DNA from: an uncultured virus (IMG/VR IMGVR_UViG_3300020193_000012)
Taxonomy: Duplodnaviria; Heunggongvirae; Uroviricota; Caudoviricetes
DNA length: 64,000 bases
Virus record (IMG/VR): IMGVR_UViG_3300020193_000012
Reading direction: 5' to 3' (one strand)
The first letter of the stretch is position 1. Every line of letters starts with the position of its first letter. Shown piece by piece: positions 7,907 through 17,873 of the stretch. The notes beneath the pieces are model-generated. The model did not search any database and was not told the DNA's origin. It saw only the letters and a list, made by a program, of their open reading frames with translations. A program made the translations under genes and the position numbers.

Positions 7907-8929
7907 TTATACCAGATATCTGATAATTACAATACCAGGACCACCATTTCCCCCAGCTCCGTTTGGATTTCCTCTTCCTCCTCCACCACCACCTAAGTGA
8001 GTAGCTCCTGTGGCAGTAACACCTGGAGTGCCAGGATCTGTTCCACCTGAAGTTCCATAACCACCTCCACCAAATCCACCAGCTCTATTTACTCCTGGAG
8101 TTGCTCCAGACCCACCTCCGCCATAATAAGCGCCACTTGGTCCCATTCTAGGAACAACAGGAGATAAAGTGGGTATGAGTGGACCAGCAAATCCTGGGAA
8201 TTGATATCCAACGCCACCATTAGCAGTAGGTAGAGTAGATCCACCAGCCCCGCCAGCACCACCACCGCCGCCACCTACGACGCCACTATCGGCGCGACTT
8301 GCTCCCCCACCATTTCCATAAGCAGTATAACTTCCAGGAACTGGTTGTGGAGTTGCAGTCCCAGCACCTGGGTTCTCATAATGACTAGATCCACCAGCCG
8401 AACCTCCAGCACGACCACTATCATTACTTCCTGGTCCGGATCCACCACCACCACCACCAAGTGCAGTTACTGCACCAAACGCAGATGGTTGTCCATCACC
8501 ACTAAGGACTGTGGCACCAGAACTACCAGTTCCACCAAGACCAACTTTAATTGTATAGGTTCCTGAGGGTATAGTAACAGATGGTCCATATACAATTCCG
8601 CCAGCACCCGCACCACCAGTATAATATCCTCCTCCTCCGCCACCACCACCGGCAACGATAAGAACTTCTGCAGTTACATTAGTATTACTTACAACAAAAC
8701 TATCTGAATTTGGATATGTAAAGACATGATACTTGTATCCATTTCCTGGAGTATAAGTTGTTCCACCAGTAATTGAAATTATTGGTAATACTCCTGGACT
8801 ATTTGGCATATTTCCAGTTCTTTGGAAATAACCACTCGTAAAAATATCTAAAACACCACCACCACTCCCATCTGCTTGAGGAATACCTGTAGTTTGTGAT
8901 TTTCCTATTCTTCTTCCAATATATCCCAT
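7907..8929 (-). CDS. Gly/Pro-rich adhesin-like virion protein A (340 aa)
   Basis: GGTxxTPGNGYKYHVFT, polyglycine runs, C-terminal GGPGIVIIRY. Confidence 0.8.
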   Translation of the reverse strand: MGYIGRRIGKSQTTGIPQADGSGGGVLDIFTSGYFQRTGNMPNSPGVLPIISITGGTTYTPGNGYKYHVFTYPNSDSFVVSNTNVTAEVLIVAGGGGGGGGYYTGGAGAGGIVYGPSVTIPSGTYTIKVGLGGTGSSGATVLSGDGQPSAFGAVTALGGGGGGSGPGSNDSGRAGGSAGGSSHYENPGAGTATPQPVPGSYTAYGNGGGASRADSGVVGGGGGGAGGAGGSTLPTANGGVGYQFPGFAGPLIPTLSPVVPRMGPSGAYYGGGGSGATPGVNRAGGFGGGGYGTSGGTDPGTPGVTATGATHLGGGGGGRGNPNGAGGNGGPGIVIIRYLV

Positions 8930-8941
8930 TTTTTATTCCTC

Positions 8942-9349
8942 TTAGCTAATTTCTTCGTAAGAGCAAATGATGTCTATTCTTCCACCAGTATTTGATTGAG
9001 CAATACCAGTAAGAACTTTATTTTCTTCTAAGTAAATTGGATTATCTTTTCCGATTACGATTAGTGTTGAAAAAGTTGGAACAGATACTGTATGTGCAAT
9101 AGAGACTGTATTAACTCCAGTCGTTGCTACTGCACTATCATGATAGCGAATTGTAACTCCTGTCGTACTACCAATACAAGTTGCGGAGATATTATTAATC
9201 TTTAAAACTTTACCACTACCTGATGCATTAGAGACAATCGTAGAAAGTCCTGATCTAACTAAGTCTCCACCAACACCAGTAGCAATACCTGCAATATATG
9301 TGGTGACACCAGTAATTGTTGAGACGTTTACAATATTTGGAGCAGCCAT
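8942..9349 (-). CDS. Small beta-rich tail-fibre adaptor-like protein (135 aa)
   Basis: Own TAAATA promoter 9372-9377; lies between a fibre segment and a Gly-rich gene. Confidence 0.75.
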   Translation of the reverse strand: MAAPNIVNVSTITGVTTYIAGIATGVGGDLVRSGLSTIVSNASGSGKVLKINNISATCIGSTTGVTIRYHDSAVATTGVNTVSIAHTVSVPTFSTLIVIGKDNPIYLEENKVLTGIAQSNTGGRIDIICSYEEIS

Positions 9350-9381
9350 TTTCTACGATACCTCTTTTGTTTATTTATCAA

Positions 9382-9705
9382 TTAACTAAAAACCATTGCC
9401 ATCGCAATTGCCTTTCCTGTAGTGGCAACTGACTTTGTTCCAATTTTTATATCTGATGAAGCAGTAATAATACCAACTGCATCAATACCTCCAGCAAGAA
9501 CTTGAATACCTGTTCTTGCGGTTACGAGACCAATAGAGTCTACGTTAGTCACATCATCATATGATAGTGTTCCTGCGATAGAAACGTTTCCAGTAAATGT
9601 TGCAGAAACCGCTACGATTGTTCTTGCAGTTACTATGCCAACATTTAAATCTGTTGTTGATGTAATACTTGTGGTAAATCCAGCAAGATTAGATGCTCTC
9701 GTCAT
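9382..9705 (-). CDS. Short tail-fibre segment (107 aa)
   Basis: GIVTA repeats, VSIAGTLSYDDVTNVDS, C-terminal GKAIAMAMVFS; TAAATA 9725-9730. Confidence 0.75.
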   Translation of the reverse strand: MTRASNLAGFTTSITSTTDLNVGIVTARTIVAVSATFTGNVSIAGTLSYDDVTNVDSIGLVTARTGIQVLAGGIDAVGIITASSDIKIGTKSVATTGKAIAMAMVFS

Positions 9706-9738
9706 CTTATTGTTACTTTTTAGTTATTTATGTGTTAG

Positions 9739-10539
9739 CTAACTAACTAAATCTAATCTTTTTGGATTATAGCAAGAATACTTATCTATAATGTGTTGAG
9801 GTATATAGTCTATTGGTTTGTAATTTGTCTTTTGCACTTTTAAAGGTTTGACATTATGTAAATTTTTTCCGTAAATATCATCGCAATATTCTATTCCATT
9901 TGCCCTGAGTTGTGATAGGTTTTCGTAATAATGATTATGTCTTCTAATCTTTAGAAAGTCATATATTTTTTCAATAGATCGCTTTGCATCAAATACTAAA
10001 TCATCGTAGTTTAAAAACATTACGTATTTTTTATTTTCTTCTTTCATTAAGTTGTCAATAGAATATAACTGTTTAACGATTTGTCCTTGTGGATTCATTA
10101 AAAAGTCACATTTTTCTTCTACTGTCTTAAAATCATCTAAAAAATTATTTGGATTTTCTTGTGCCCATTTAATGAAAGATGCAAGAACTTCTGTGACTTC
10201 TCTTAATGGAACGATTATTTTAATTTCATTAGGACAATACTTTTTCAACATTTCCAGGTTATCTGGAGTTCCCCAACAAGATCTGTCAATAATATACTTT
10301 GATCTCCAATCAGAGTAGTATCGGTCCAAAACAGTTTTACTTACATTCTCAAAAGATTTTATATCTGGAAAGTTATAAACTCCAGGAACTTCGTACTTTA
10401 TTGTCTCTATTCTATACATTATTTCTACTACTGAACTATTTGCAGTTACAGAAATATTTTTATTTTGATTAAGGATAGATCCTAAGAGAGTATTCCCAGA
10501 CCTGGGTAACCCAGAAAGAAAATAATATTTTTTATTCAT
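9739..10539 (-). CDS. Sulfotransferase family protein 1
   Basis: PAPS-binding loop GLPRSGNTLL; R-x7-S motif; YDDLV. Confidence 0.85.
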   Translation of the reverse strand: MNKKYYFLSGLPRSGNTLLGSILNQNKNISVTANSSVVEIMYRIETIKYEVPGVYNFPDIKSFENVSKTVLDRYYSDWRSKYIIDRSCWGTPDNLEMLKKYCPNEIKIIVPLREVTEVLASFIKWAQENPNNFLDDFKTVEEKCDFLMNPQGQIVKQLYSIDNLMKEENKKYVMFLNYDDLVFDAKRSIEKIYDFLKIRRHNHYYENLSQLRANGIEYCDDIYGKNLHNVKPLKVQKTNYKPIDYIPQHIIDKYSCYNPKRLDLVS

Positions 10540-10563
10540 TATAATAATCTAATAATAGTTATT

Positions 10564-11532
10564 TTAAGCTGGATATCTAATAATTACAACACCAGATCCA
10601 CCAGCACTTCCAGCAGGTCCAGATGGGTGTTTTCCACCACCTCCACCGCCTGTGTTCGTAATACCTGCAGTTTGACCCCTTGGGCTTCCTGCTCCACTTC
10701 CTCCACCACCAGCGCCACCTAAACCTGCATATAAAGGTGGATTTACTGTACTATAAAGTGATGCTCCGCCGCCACCGCCGTAATGATTGTTTGATGGGGA
10801 ATTTGCGGTTGGAGTAACTGGTGATAGTGAAACGATTGGATATTCAAATCCAGAGAATGGTTGTCCAGCACCACCATTACCACCACCAGGGATGTTTCCA
10901 GGAATAGAAACACCAGCAGCACCAGCACCACCACCACCTGCAGGAGCATAACCTCCCGATGGGGCTGATGAACCTCCAGGATTTCCATAGTTTGTAACAA
11001 AGGGCATTCCTGGATTTTGAGATGGTTGAGTGCCCGAAATAGCGGCACCGGGAGGAGAACCGCCAGTTCCTCCTCCAGATCCACCAGGATTACCTAAAGC
11101 ACCAGGACCAGTATAGCTACCACCTCCTCCTCCACCACCTTTTGCAATAATATATGTTGGAGATGGTGCTGTTCCAAAGGCACTATCTGAACCAGGAGAA
11201 CCTTTAGCTGGACCTGTGGGAGCTCCGTTACCAGCTCCTCCAATAGAAATTGAATAAGGTCCGGGACTTATTGGCATGGCAGTTGCATAAGCAACACCGC
11301 CAGCACCACCACCAGAACCATAATATGATCCGCCGCCACCACCGCCAGCAACGACAAGAACATCCATAGAACCTGAACCAGAACTAATTGTAAATGTTCC
11401 TGATGAGGTAAATGTGTGATATTTGTAACCATTTCCTGGAGTTGCAGTAGTTCCTCCAGTAGCTGAAAATGGTCCACTAATAGAAGATCCCCTAAAAAAT
11501 CCTTTTGCAACTCCAGTAAAAAATGGTGCCAT
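10564..11532 (-). CDS. Gly/Pro-rich adhesin-like virion protein B (322 aa)
   Basis: TPGNGYKYHTFT; C-terminal GGSGVVIIRY. Confidence 0.8.
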   Translation of the reverse strand: MAPFFTGVAKGFFRGSSISGPFSATGGTTATPGNGYKYHTFTSSGTFTISSGSGSMDVLVVAGGGGGGSYYGSGGGAGGVAYATAMPISPGPYSISIGGAGNGAPTGPAKGSPGSDSAFGTAPSPTYIIAKGGGGGGGSYTGPGALGNPGGSGGGTGGSPPGAAISGTQPSQNPGMPFVTNYGNPGGSSAPSGGYAPAGGGGAGAAGVSIPGNIPGGGNGGAGQPFSGFEYPIVSLSPVTPTANSPSNNHYGGGGGASLYSTVNPPLYAGLGGAGGGGSGAGSPRGQTAGITNTGGGGGGKHPSGPAGSAGGSGVVIIRYPA

Positions 11533-11537
11533 ATCAA

Positions 11538-12629
11538 TTAAGGTCTAATTGAACCAAATCTAAATGAACTTGTGTCAGTCGCATAGACTGTATAATTTGT
11601 TGTTGTAGCTGCCCCAGCACCATTATAATGAACAGCAAAAGTTACAATATCAACGTCAAGACCAGTTGTTGGTAAGGTAATTGTACTTGCCGTTGAAACT
11701 CTTGCTGATGTTGTAAGTCCAGCAGTTGCTCCTGTTGGCAATAGACGAATATTAGTTCCAATACCAGTTACTGCTGTTGTATTTCCAGTTCCTGCTGAGT
11801 TTTGTGTGATAAAGATTGTAAAAGTGGTTACTGAATTTTTCGTTGCTGGAAAGTTTTTGAATGACACGATACCAATATTTCCTGCAGTTGGAACCGTATG
11901 AGTAAATACTGTTCCGCTCTGTGCATTACATTCAAGGAGATATTTGCCACCATTTAGATTATATGTTGATGCAACAGATACTGTTTCTACTGCACCTTGA
12001 ATATCTGTTGTCCCAACAACTGTTAGAGCATTTGATGGGTTTGTTGTTCCGATGCCAACTGATCCAATTCCAGTTATTATAAAAGTTGATGTTCCAGCTC
12101 CTACTTGAAACTTTCCTACTGGATTGTTAGTTCCTATACCCAATTCCCCCAGGTTATCAACAACTACTATTGTTGATCCAGTTCCAATTTGAAATGGTTG
12201 TGTTGGATTTGTGGTTCCTATGCCGACATTACCAGAAACATAAGCACCACCAGTAACTTGAAGTCTTTGTGATGCTGTTCCTGTTGATGTTCCAGATCCA
12301 ATTAAAACTGGACCACCAGTAAAAGTTGCTACTCCAACAACTTGAAGTCTAGTTACTGACGCAATTCCAGAAATAACTGATGTTGATACTCCAGCAGAGG
12401 TGGCAAAAGTAGCAATTCCTGCTGTTGTCGCATATTCAGCGTATGTTGCGTTTGCTATGGTTCCACCATATGATGTAGCAGTAAGAACACCAGAAACACT
12501 TACATCCCCAGCAACAGTTAATTTTGACGTAGCGTTTGTTGTACCAATTCCAACTTTATCGGTTGTTGGGTTGGAGAATATATTTGTATCTGATACTAAA
12601 TTAGCACTCTGCCTTGATTTATCTGCCAT
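11538..12629 (-). CDS. Tail fibre protein (363 aa)
   Basis: GIGTTNP repeats; C-terminal domain paralogous to 27778-28572. Confidence 0.8.
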   Translation of the reverse strand: MADKSRQSANLVSDTNIFSNPTTDKVGIGTTNATSKLTVAGDVSVSGVLTATSYGGTIANATYAEYATTAGIATFATSAGVSTSVISGIASVTRLQVVGVATFTGGPVLIGSGTSTGTASQRLQVTGGAYVSGNVGIGTTNPTQPFQIGTGSTIVVVDNLGELGIGTNNPVGKFQVGAGTSTFIITGIGSVGIGTTNPSNALTVVGTTDIQGAVETVSVASTYNLNGGKYLLECNAQSGTVFTHTVPTAGNIGIVSFKNFPATKNSVTTFTIFITQNSAGTGNTTAVTGIGTNIRLLPTGATAGLTTSARVSTASTITLPTTGLDVDIVTFAVHYNGAGAATTTNYTVYATDTSSFRFGSIRP

Positions 12630-13090
12630 TAACTTAACCTATCTTCTAGATTATTGACTTTTTCTGTGAGTTCTTTGATTAAAATATTTTGTTCCTTTAC
12701 TGCCTCAATTAGAGCACCAACCAATCCATTATAATTGACTGTCTTTCTACCATCAGAGTATTTTACTAACTCTGGGAATACCTCCTCAACGTCTTGTGCA
12801 ATTACACCCATAGAATTTTCTTGAGTTTCTTTCCACTTAAACCCAACTCCATTAATTTTAACAATTCTTTCTAATGGATCTTTAATTTGATGAATATTTC
12901 CCTTTAAATTAATGTCTGATGTTGAATTAAAGTCAGTTGCTGTTACAACTCCAGTTACGGATACATGAGTTGCACCAATACTTGTGGCTTTTACTAAACC
13001 ACTAGAAGATAAATCAAGATTATCAGATACCGACAATTCTTGAATTTGATTGGAACTTGTGTTGAATATTAAAGGAAATCTATCTGCCAT
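12629..13090 (-). CDS. Short fibre protein with C-terminal peptidase S74 intramolecular chaperone
   Basis: SDINLKGNI, GVIAQDVEEVFPELV, VNYNGLVGALIEAVKE. Confidence 0.85.
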   Translation of the reverse strand: MADRFPLIFNTSSNQIQELSVSDNLDLSSSGLVKATSIGATHVSVTGVVTATDFNSTSDINLKGNIHQIKDPLERIVKINGVGFKWKETQENSMGVIAQDVEEVFPELVKYSDGRKTVNYNGLVGALIEAVKEQNILIKELTEKVNNLEDRLS

Positions 13091-13108
13091 CTGTCTTTTT
13101 ACTAGTAT

Positions 13109-15151
13109 TTAGAAGGAAGCGGTGCCAACACCAGAACGAAGTGCGATGGTAATTCCAGCACCAACCGCATTTTGTGTATAGGCACCTGCTCTTGTGCCTA
13201 TTGTTAATGATTTAGTTGCTTCTGGTCCAGTTGCACCAGTAGCACCGATACCTGTTCTTAATTCAAGAACAGAAATTATATCTCCAGCAGCGGCACCTTC
13301 AGCAAGAATGACACTTGTGCCGTTATTTGCGACGTATTCAGTTCCTGTTAGTCTAACGCCATTTAAGTAAACATCAATATATCCAACTGTATAAGAAACT
13401 GAGAACGTTGTTTGACCTGCTGTTGCAGTAAAATTGGTATCAGTTCTTCCTGGTGTTAATGTTGATGCTTGTGGAATATTAAATGGAGCAGAGTCAACCC
13501 ACTGGGAAGAATCCCCATCATTATAATAAATGAAGGTTCTTCCAAGATTGGAGTTGTACCACATGTCTCCAGCAGTTGGAGATGATGGTGCAGTTGTTCC
13601 AATAGCAACAGATGCATTTGCATTAACGACTATTCCAGTTAAACTTGATCCATCGCCATAAAATTTGTATGCTGTTACGATACCAGCAGCAAGGACTGAT
13701 GTGTTTGCAGAACTTACGACAGCAGTTGGATTAGTGGTTCCAACTCCAACATTACCAAGTGTATGAATACCTGCAGAATTTTGTACAAAAAATCCTCCAC
13801 CACTTCCACTACCACCAGTTGCAGTGATGGTTACATTACCTGTAGATTGGTTGATTGAAATACCAGTTCCGGCAGTTAATGAAGTTACAATGCTTGTTAA
13901 TTGGGAACCAGATCCAACAAAATTAGTTGCTGTTATTACACCAGAAACATTAGCACCAGATGAAGTGATAATGCCACTAAAATTACCTGATGTTGCAGTG
14001 AGCACACCAACAGAAATACCATTTGTGGTGCTATTGCCTCTACCTGTTACTGAATTTAAAGTATCAGTTTCTGAATATGATGTTAAATATGTGCTTGTAT
14101 CAACCGAACCATCAGCCTTTAAAAACTGGCTTGAAGTTCCACCAGATTTAACAAAAGAAGTAGCAGTAACAACACCAACAACTATATTAGGTGTTCCTGT
14201 TAATCCTTGTGCAACAGTTGCAATACCAGCAGTTGATGCAAAACTTACATTAATATCATAAGTTCCAGATAATCTTGCAGAATTAATGGTCCCTGTAGTG
14301 ATATTTGCAGCATCTGCAAGATTAGTCGCAGTGGTTGCAGTTCCTGTAACATTACCAGTGAGAGCACCAACAAATGTAGTTGCAGTAACAACACCTGTCG
14401 CATTGATTCCACTACGAGCAGTGATTTGATAGGGAGTATCAATAAAATTAGCAGCATTAGATACTGCATTGCCCATATTAGCATGATTAGAGCACTGATA
14501 ATGTAGAACAATCGGTGTGGTATCTACAATAGTGATTTCAGTATATGCACCAGCACCACCAGCAGTTCCGTTTGTTGTTACATTAGTAGTGTATTGAGTT
14601 GTTCTATTTGCTTCCAGGTAAAAACGAAGTGGATGAGAACTATTACTACCGTCTGCTTGATCAAAGCGATAGGTTTTTCCTGGAAGTAGTGTTATGAAAG
14701 GAGATTCTACACCATCAATAAAGTATCCTTGAGAAGATCCAGATCCAAAGTAACGATGATTCGCTGTTTTATTTGCGACTGTGACCGTAAAAGTTTTTGT
14801 AGCAGAACTCGCCGTCCCTAAAAGTGTTTGATATCCATTAAAACTAGATGCAGTTACAACTCCACTAAAATGTCCATCACCGACAACAGAAAGTTTTGAT
14901 GTTGGATTTGTGGTTCCAATACCAACAGAACCAGCAGTGAAATTGATATTATATGCTTCGCTTCCTACACCAACATTCCAAGGATTGATAACAATAACTG
15001 TTGTACCTACACCAACAGCACCTTGGTCTTGCTCTATGTAAATCTTACCATCATAGGTGTTAATTGCTAACTCACCTAATGATAGTTGTGTTGTTGTTGG
15101 GATTTTGCCGGCAACAGCAGACCGACGTATCTGAATTATGGGACTAGCCAT
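13109..15151 (-). CDS. Tail fibre protein (680 aa) with Mtd_N-like N-terminus and a cupredoxin-like insert
   Basis: IQIRRS...GELAINTYDGKIY; HP...YQCSNHANMG; fibre repeats. Confidence 0.85.
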   Translation of the reverse strand: MASPIIQIRRSAVAGKIPTTTQLSLGELAINTYDGKIYIEQDQGAVGVGTTVIVINPWNVGVGSEAYNINFTAGSVGIGTTNPTSKLSVVGDGHFSGVVTASSFNGYQTLLGTASSATKTFTVTVANKTANHRYFGSGSSQGYFIDGVESPFITLLPGKTYRFDQADGSNSSHPLRFYLEANRTTQYTTNVTTNGTAGGAGAYTEITIVDTTPIVLHYQCSNHANMGNAVSNAANFIDTPYQITARSGINATGVVTATTFVGALTGNVTGTATTATNLADAANITTGTINSARLSGTYDINVSFASTAGIATVAQGLTGTPNIVVGVVTATSFVKSGGTSSQFLKADGSVDTSTYLTSYSETDTLNSVTGRGNSTTNGISVGVLTATSGNFSGIITSSGANVSGVITATNFVGSGSQLTSIVTSLTAGTGISINQSTGNVTITATGGSGSGGGFFVQNSAGIHTLGNVGVGTTNPTAVVSSANTSVLAAGIVTAYKFYGDGSSLTGIVVNANASVAIGTTAPSSPTAGDMWYNSNLGRTFIYYNDGDSSQWVDSAPFNIPQASTLTPGRTDTNFTATAGQTTFSVSYTVGYIDVYLNGVRLTGTEYVANNGTSVILAEGAAAGDIISVLELRTGIGATGATGPEATKSLTIGTRAGAYTQNAVGAGITIALRSGVGTASF

Positions 15152-15205
15152 TCAACTCCATATGTGGTATCAACCGTAGAACTCTTATATAAGAGTTTTT
15201 ATTAT

Positions 15206-15373
15206 TTATTGGAAGTCTTCTTCCTTAGTATTTCTCTTTGTTTTCTTTTGCAACTCTGCAATAGTTTTCGTCAGTTGCTCTACTTGAGTTTCCAGAACAA
15301 TATTTTGGTTGAATAATTCAAATGCTTTTTGTTGATATTTTGCAAGAACTGCTTTCAGGTCATCATCAGTCAT
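15206..15373 (-). CDS. Small coiled-coil protein (55 aa), possible fibre chaperone; not in the ORF track
   Basis: MTDDDLKAVLAKYQQKAFELFNQNIVLETQVEQL... Confidence 0.7.
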   Translation of the reverse strand: MTDDDLKAVLAKYQQKAFELFNQNIVLETQVEQLTKTIAELQKKTKRNTKEEDFQ

Positions 15374-15400
15374 AAAAAAAGGGAGATATGAACTCCCTCT
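15374..15400 (-). terminator. Rho-independent terminator-like hairpin
   Basis: GGGAG-loop-CTCCC followed by T7. Confidence 0.65.
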
Positions 15401-15421
15401 ATTTAGATTATGGGATTAGAC

Positions 15422-17521
15422 TCAGAAGGCTCCGCCGTCAATTGTAATGTTCTCTAGATTTCTTGTAGATCCTGTGCAAGAAATAACTTGTGATGAACCA
15501 GCACAGTCATTGACCCAGAGTGAACCAATTTCAAGTGCTGCAAAAGTTGAGAAAGTGATTTGAGGACTATCATTATTAGTTCCACCACCATCAGTGACTA
15601 CTGAACCTAACTTAAATCTTGCATCACCTTGCTCCCAGACGAGTGCTGATTTCTTTGCAGAACCATCGTAATAGTTGAACAGAACACCAAGGTCCCAGGT
15701 GGTTGTAGAAGATGGAGCAGAACCATCAACAACACCAAGTTCTATAGTTCTGTCTTCTACTGTAATTGCAGCAGTATTGACTTGAGTTGTGGAACCATTT
15801 ACAAAAAGGTTTCCAGTAATCGTCAGGTTCTGGGATGCAGTGATGTTACCTGAAGTATCAATTGTTGCAGCCTGTGTACCGTTTCTGTGCTGTAGAGTTG
15901 CAGTGAGAAGTGTAGGAGCACTTAATGCAGTTCCAACAATGACTGTATTTGGAAGTCCAACCGTAATTGTTTGACCTGATGCTGATGTTTCAATCTCTCC
16001 TGCAGTACCAGCAACAGTGAGTGATTGTGAGTCTAGGTTAATTGTTCCTGTACCACTATCACCAGCAATTCCAAGATCATCATCTACATCAATGGCATCA
16101 ATATATGCCTTAACTGCTGCTTGTGTTGGTAGATATGCATTGCTGTTTTCTGCAAGAGTTGTGCTTGTAGAGATACCAGTAATGCCAATACCAGGAGTTC
16201 CGTTAAGAACTAAAGTACCAGTAGTTGTGATACCAGAGATATTAAGACTTGAAGCACTTGCATTTCCCAAAACTGGAGTTACCAGAGTTGGTGAGGTTGC
16301 AAAGACTAATGCGCCGCTTCCAGTTTCGTCAGTCAGTGCAGATGCAAGGTTTGCTGATGAAGGAGTTGCGAGGAATGTTGCAATGTTAGCAGCAAGACCA
16401 GAAACACCAGTTGAGATTGGAAGACCAGTACAGTTTGTTAATGTGCCTGATGTGGGAGTTCCAAGAACAGGTGTTACCAGTGTTGGAGTATTAGCGAATA
16501 CAAGTGCTCCAGTTCCTGTTTCATCGCTAACTGCAGATGCAAGGTTTGCTGACGATGGAGTTGCAAGGAATGTAGAGACGTTTGCACCAAGACCAGTTAT
16601 ATTTGCAAGAGCAAGACCACCACTAAAAGTTGTTGCAGTAACGATACCAGAGAAACTACCATTTCTCCATCTCTGAGAACCATTACCAAAATCAAAAGTT
16701 GCATCAGTGTTTGGTGTGATATTTGAGTTTACATCTGCGGTGAAAACAACATTATCAGTCGTTGCATCACCAAGAGTAATTGTACCACCTTCAAATGTGA
16801 CTGCACCTACGAAGGTTGATACACCAGTTGCTTTGAAGTTTCTGGTTGTAATATCTTCACCAATCGCAGAACCACCTCCAGTAACCTGAAGTCCACCTAC
16901 AAAAAGTTGATTATTAATGAAGACATTACTTGTTGTGAAAGTTGCAACACCAACAACAGTAATAAGATCTGATCCCGAATCACCTAAAGTAGTATTTCCA
17001 CTAACAGTTAATGCACCACCAACAACTACATTATCAGGGAGACCGATCTGAACCTGATTATTTGTAACTGTTGTCTCAATTTCACTTGCAGTTCCAGCAA
17101 ATGTAAGAGTATCAGTGAGAAGAGAAACTGTATCTGTGCCAGTTCCGCCAGCGATGTTTAAGTTTGTAGATACATCAGCAAAAGAAAGAGTTCCCGATCC
17201 ATTTGTTTTCAAGAACTGATTAGCACTTCCATCAGCACCAGGAAGTGTAAAGGTTGTAATACCAGAAAGATTATCTGGTGACTTTAAGGTGATGTATTGA
17301 GTACCATTGGTTGTACCTTCAACAAAGTTTACACCACTACCTGTAGATGCAGTATTTTTCGTCCAATAACGATGTGAACCAAAGAACTTATTATTATTGG
17401 TACTACTATCAATACCAACATAGAGGTCGTAACTATCGGTTGTAAATCCAGGTTCACCAGCCCTTAAACCAGGGAGATTAGCAAGAAGACCTCTCTTTAT
17501 CTGTAATACAGGAGCAGCCAT
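15422..17521 (-). CDS. Tail fibre protein (699 aa), Mtd_N-like N-terminus, ends IDGGAF
   Basis: LQIKRG...GEPGFTTD..DLYVG; internal duplication of TFLATPSSANLASA..DETG.GALVFA. Confidence 0.85.
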   Translation of the reverse strand: MAAPVLQIKRGLLANLPGLRAGEPGFTTDSYDLYVGIDSSTNNNKFFGSHRYWTKNTASTGSGVNFVEGTTNGTQYITLKSPDNLSGITTFTLPGADGSANQFLKTNGSGTLSFADVSTNLNIAGGTGTDTVSLLTDTLTFAGTASEIETTVTNNQVQIGLPDNVVVGGALTVSGNTTLGDSGSDLITVVGVATFTTSNVFINNQLFVGGLQVTGGGSAIGEDITTRNFKATGVSTFVGAVTFEGGTITLGDATTDNVVFTADVNSNITPNTDATFDFGNGSQRWRNGSFSGIVTATTFSGGLALANITGLGANVSTFLATPSSANLASAVSDETGTGALVFANTPTLVTPVLGTPTSGTLTNCTGLPISTGVSGLAANIATFLATPSSANLASALTDETGSGALVFATSPTLVTPVLGNASASSLNISGITTTGTLVLNGTPGIGITGISTSTTLAENSNAYLPTQAAVKAYIDAIDVDDDLGIAGDSGTGTINLDSQSLTVAGTAGEIETSASGQTITVGLPNTVIVGTALSAPTLLTATLQHRNGTQAATIDTSGNITASQNLTITGNLFVNGSTTQVNTAAITVEDRTIELGVVDGSAPSSTTTWDLGVLFNYYDGSAKKSALVWEQGDARFKLGSVVTDGGGTNNDSPQITFSTFAALEIGSLWVNDCAGSSQVISCTGSTRNLENITIDGGAF

Positions 17522-17555
17522 CTTTTCTTACACTCTTTTTTTATTATTTATTGAT

Positions 17556-17873
17556 TTAGAAACCGCCCCCGTCCAAATCAATCTTATCGTCAAGTGCAAC
17601 ATCTAGTTCATTTATAATGGTGTTTGGTAATCCACCAGTAACTGCATTAGATAGAACGTTGTCTGGATCTACAGCTACAAATTGTTGTGTTGCTGCATTA
17701 TATGTCAGCACGTATCCATTTTGTATTCCAGAAACGTTTACGTCATCAAGATCTGATAGGTTTGCCACGTCTGATGCTCCTGTTCCAAGAATTGCTGATA
17801 CCTTAAAATTTCCAGAGGACTTTTGCTTGACACTAAAACTATTGGAAGATGAGAGAGAAACTTTGTAAGTCAT
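17556..17873 (-). CDS. Small fibre-attachment protein ending LDGGGF (105 aa)
   Basis: LSDLDDVN...NGYVLTYN motif typical of fibre connector segments. Confidence 0.75.
   Translation of the reverse strand: MTYKVSLSSSNSFSVKQKSSGNFKVSAILGTGASDVANLSDLDDVNVSGIQNGYVLTYNAATQQFVAVDPDNVLSNAVTGGLPNTIINELDVALDDKIDLDGGGF

Noticed and set aside
12400..17868. Long plus-strand Val/Pro/Thr-rich ORFs (e.g. 13824-14261, 16017-16676)
   Set aside because: Mirror frames of fibre genes caused by codon bias
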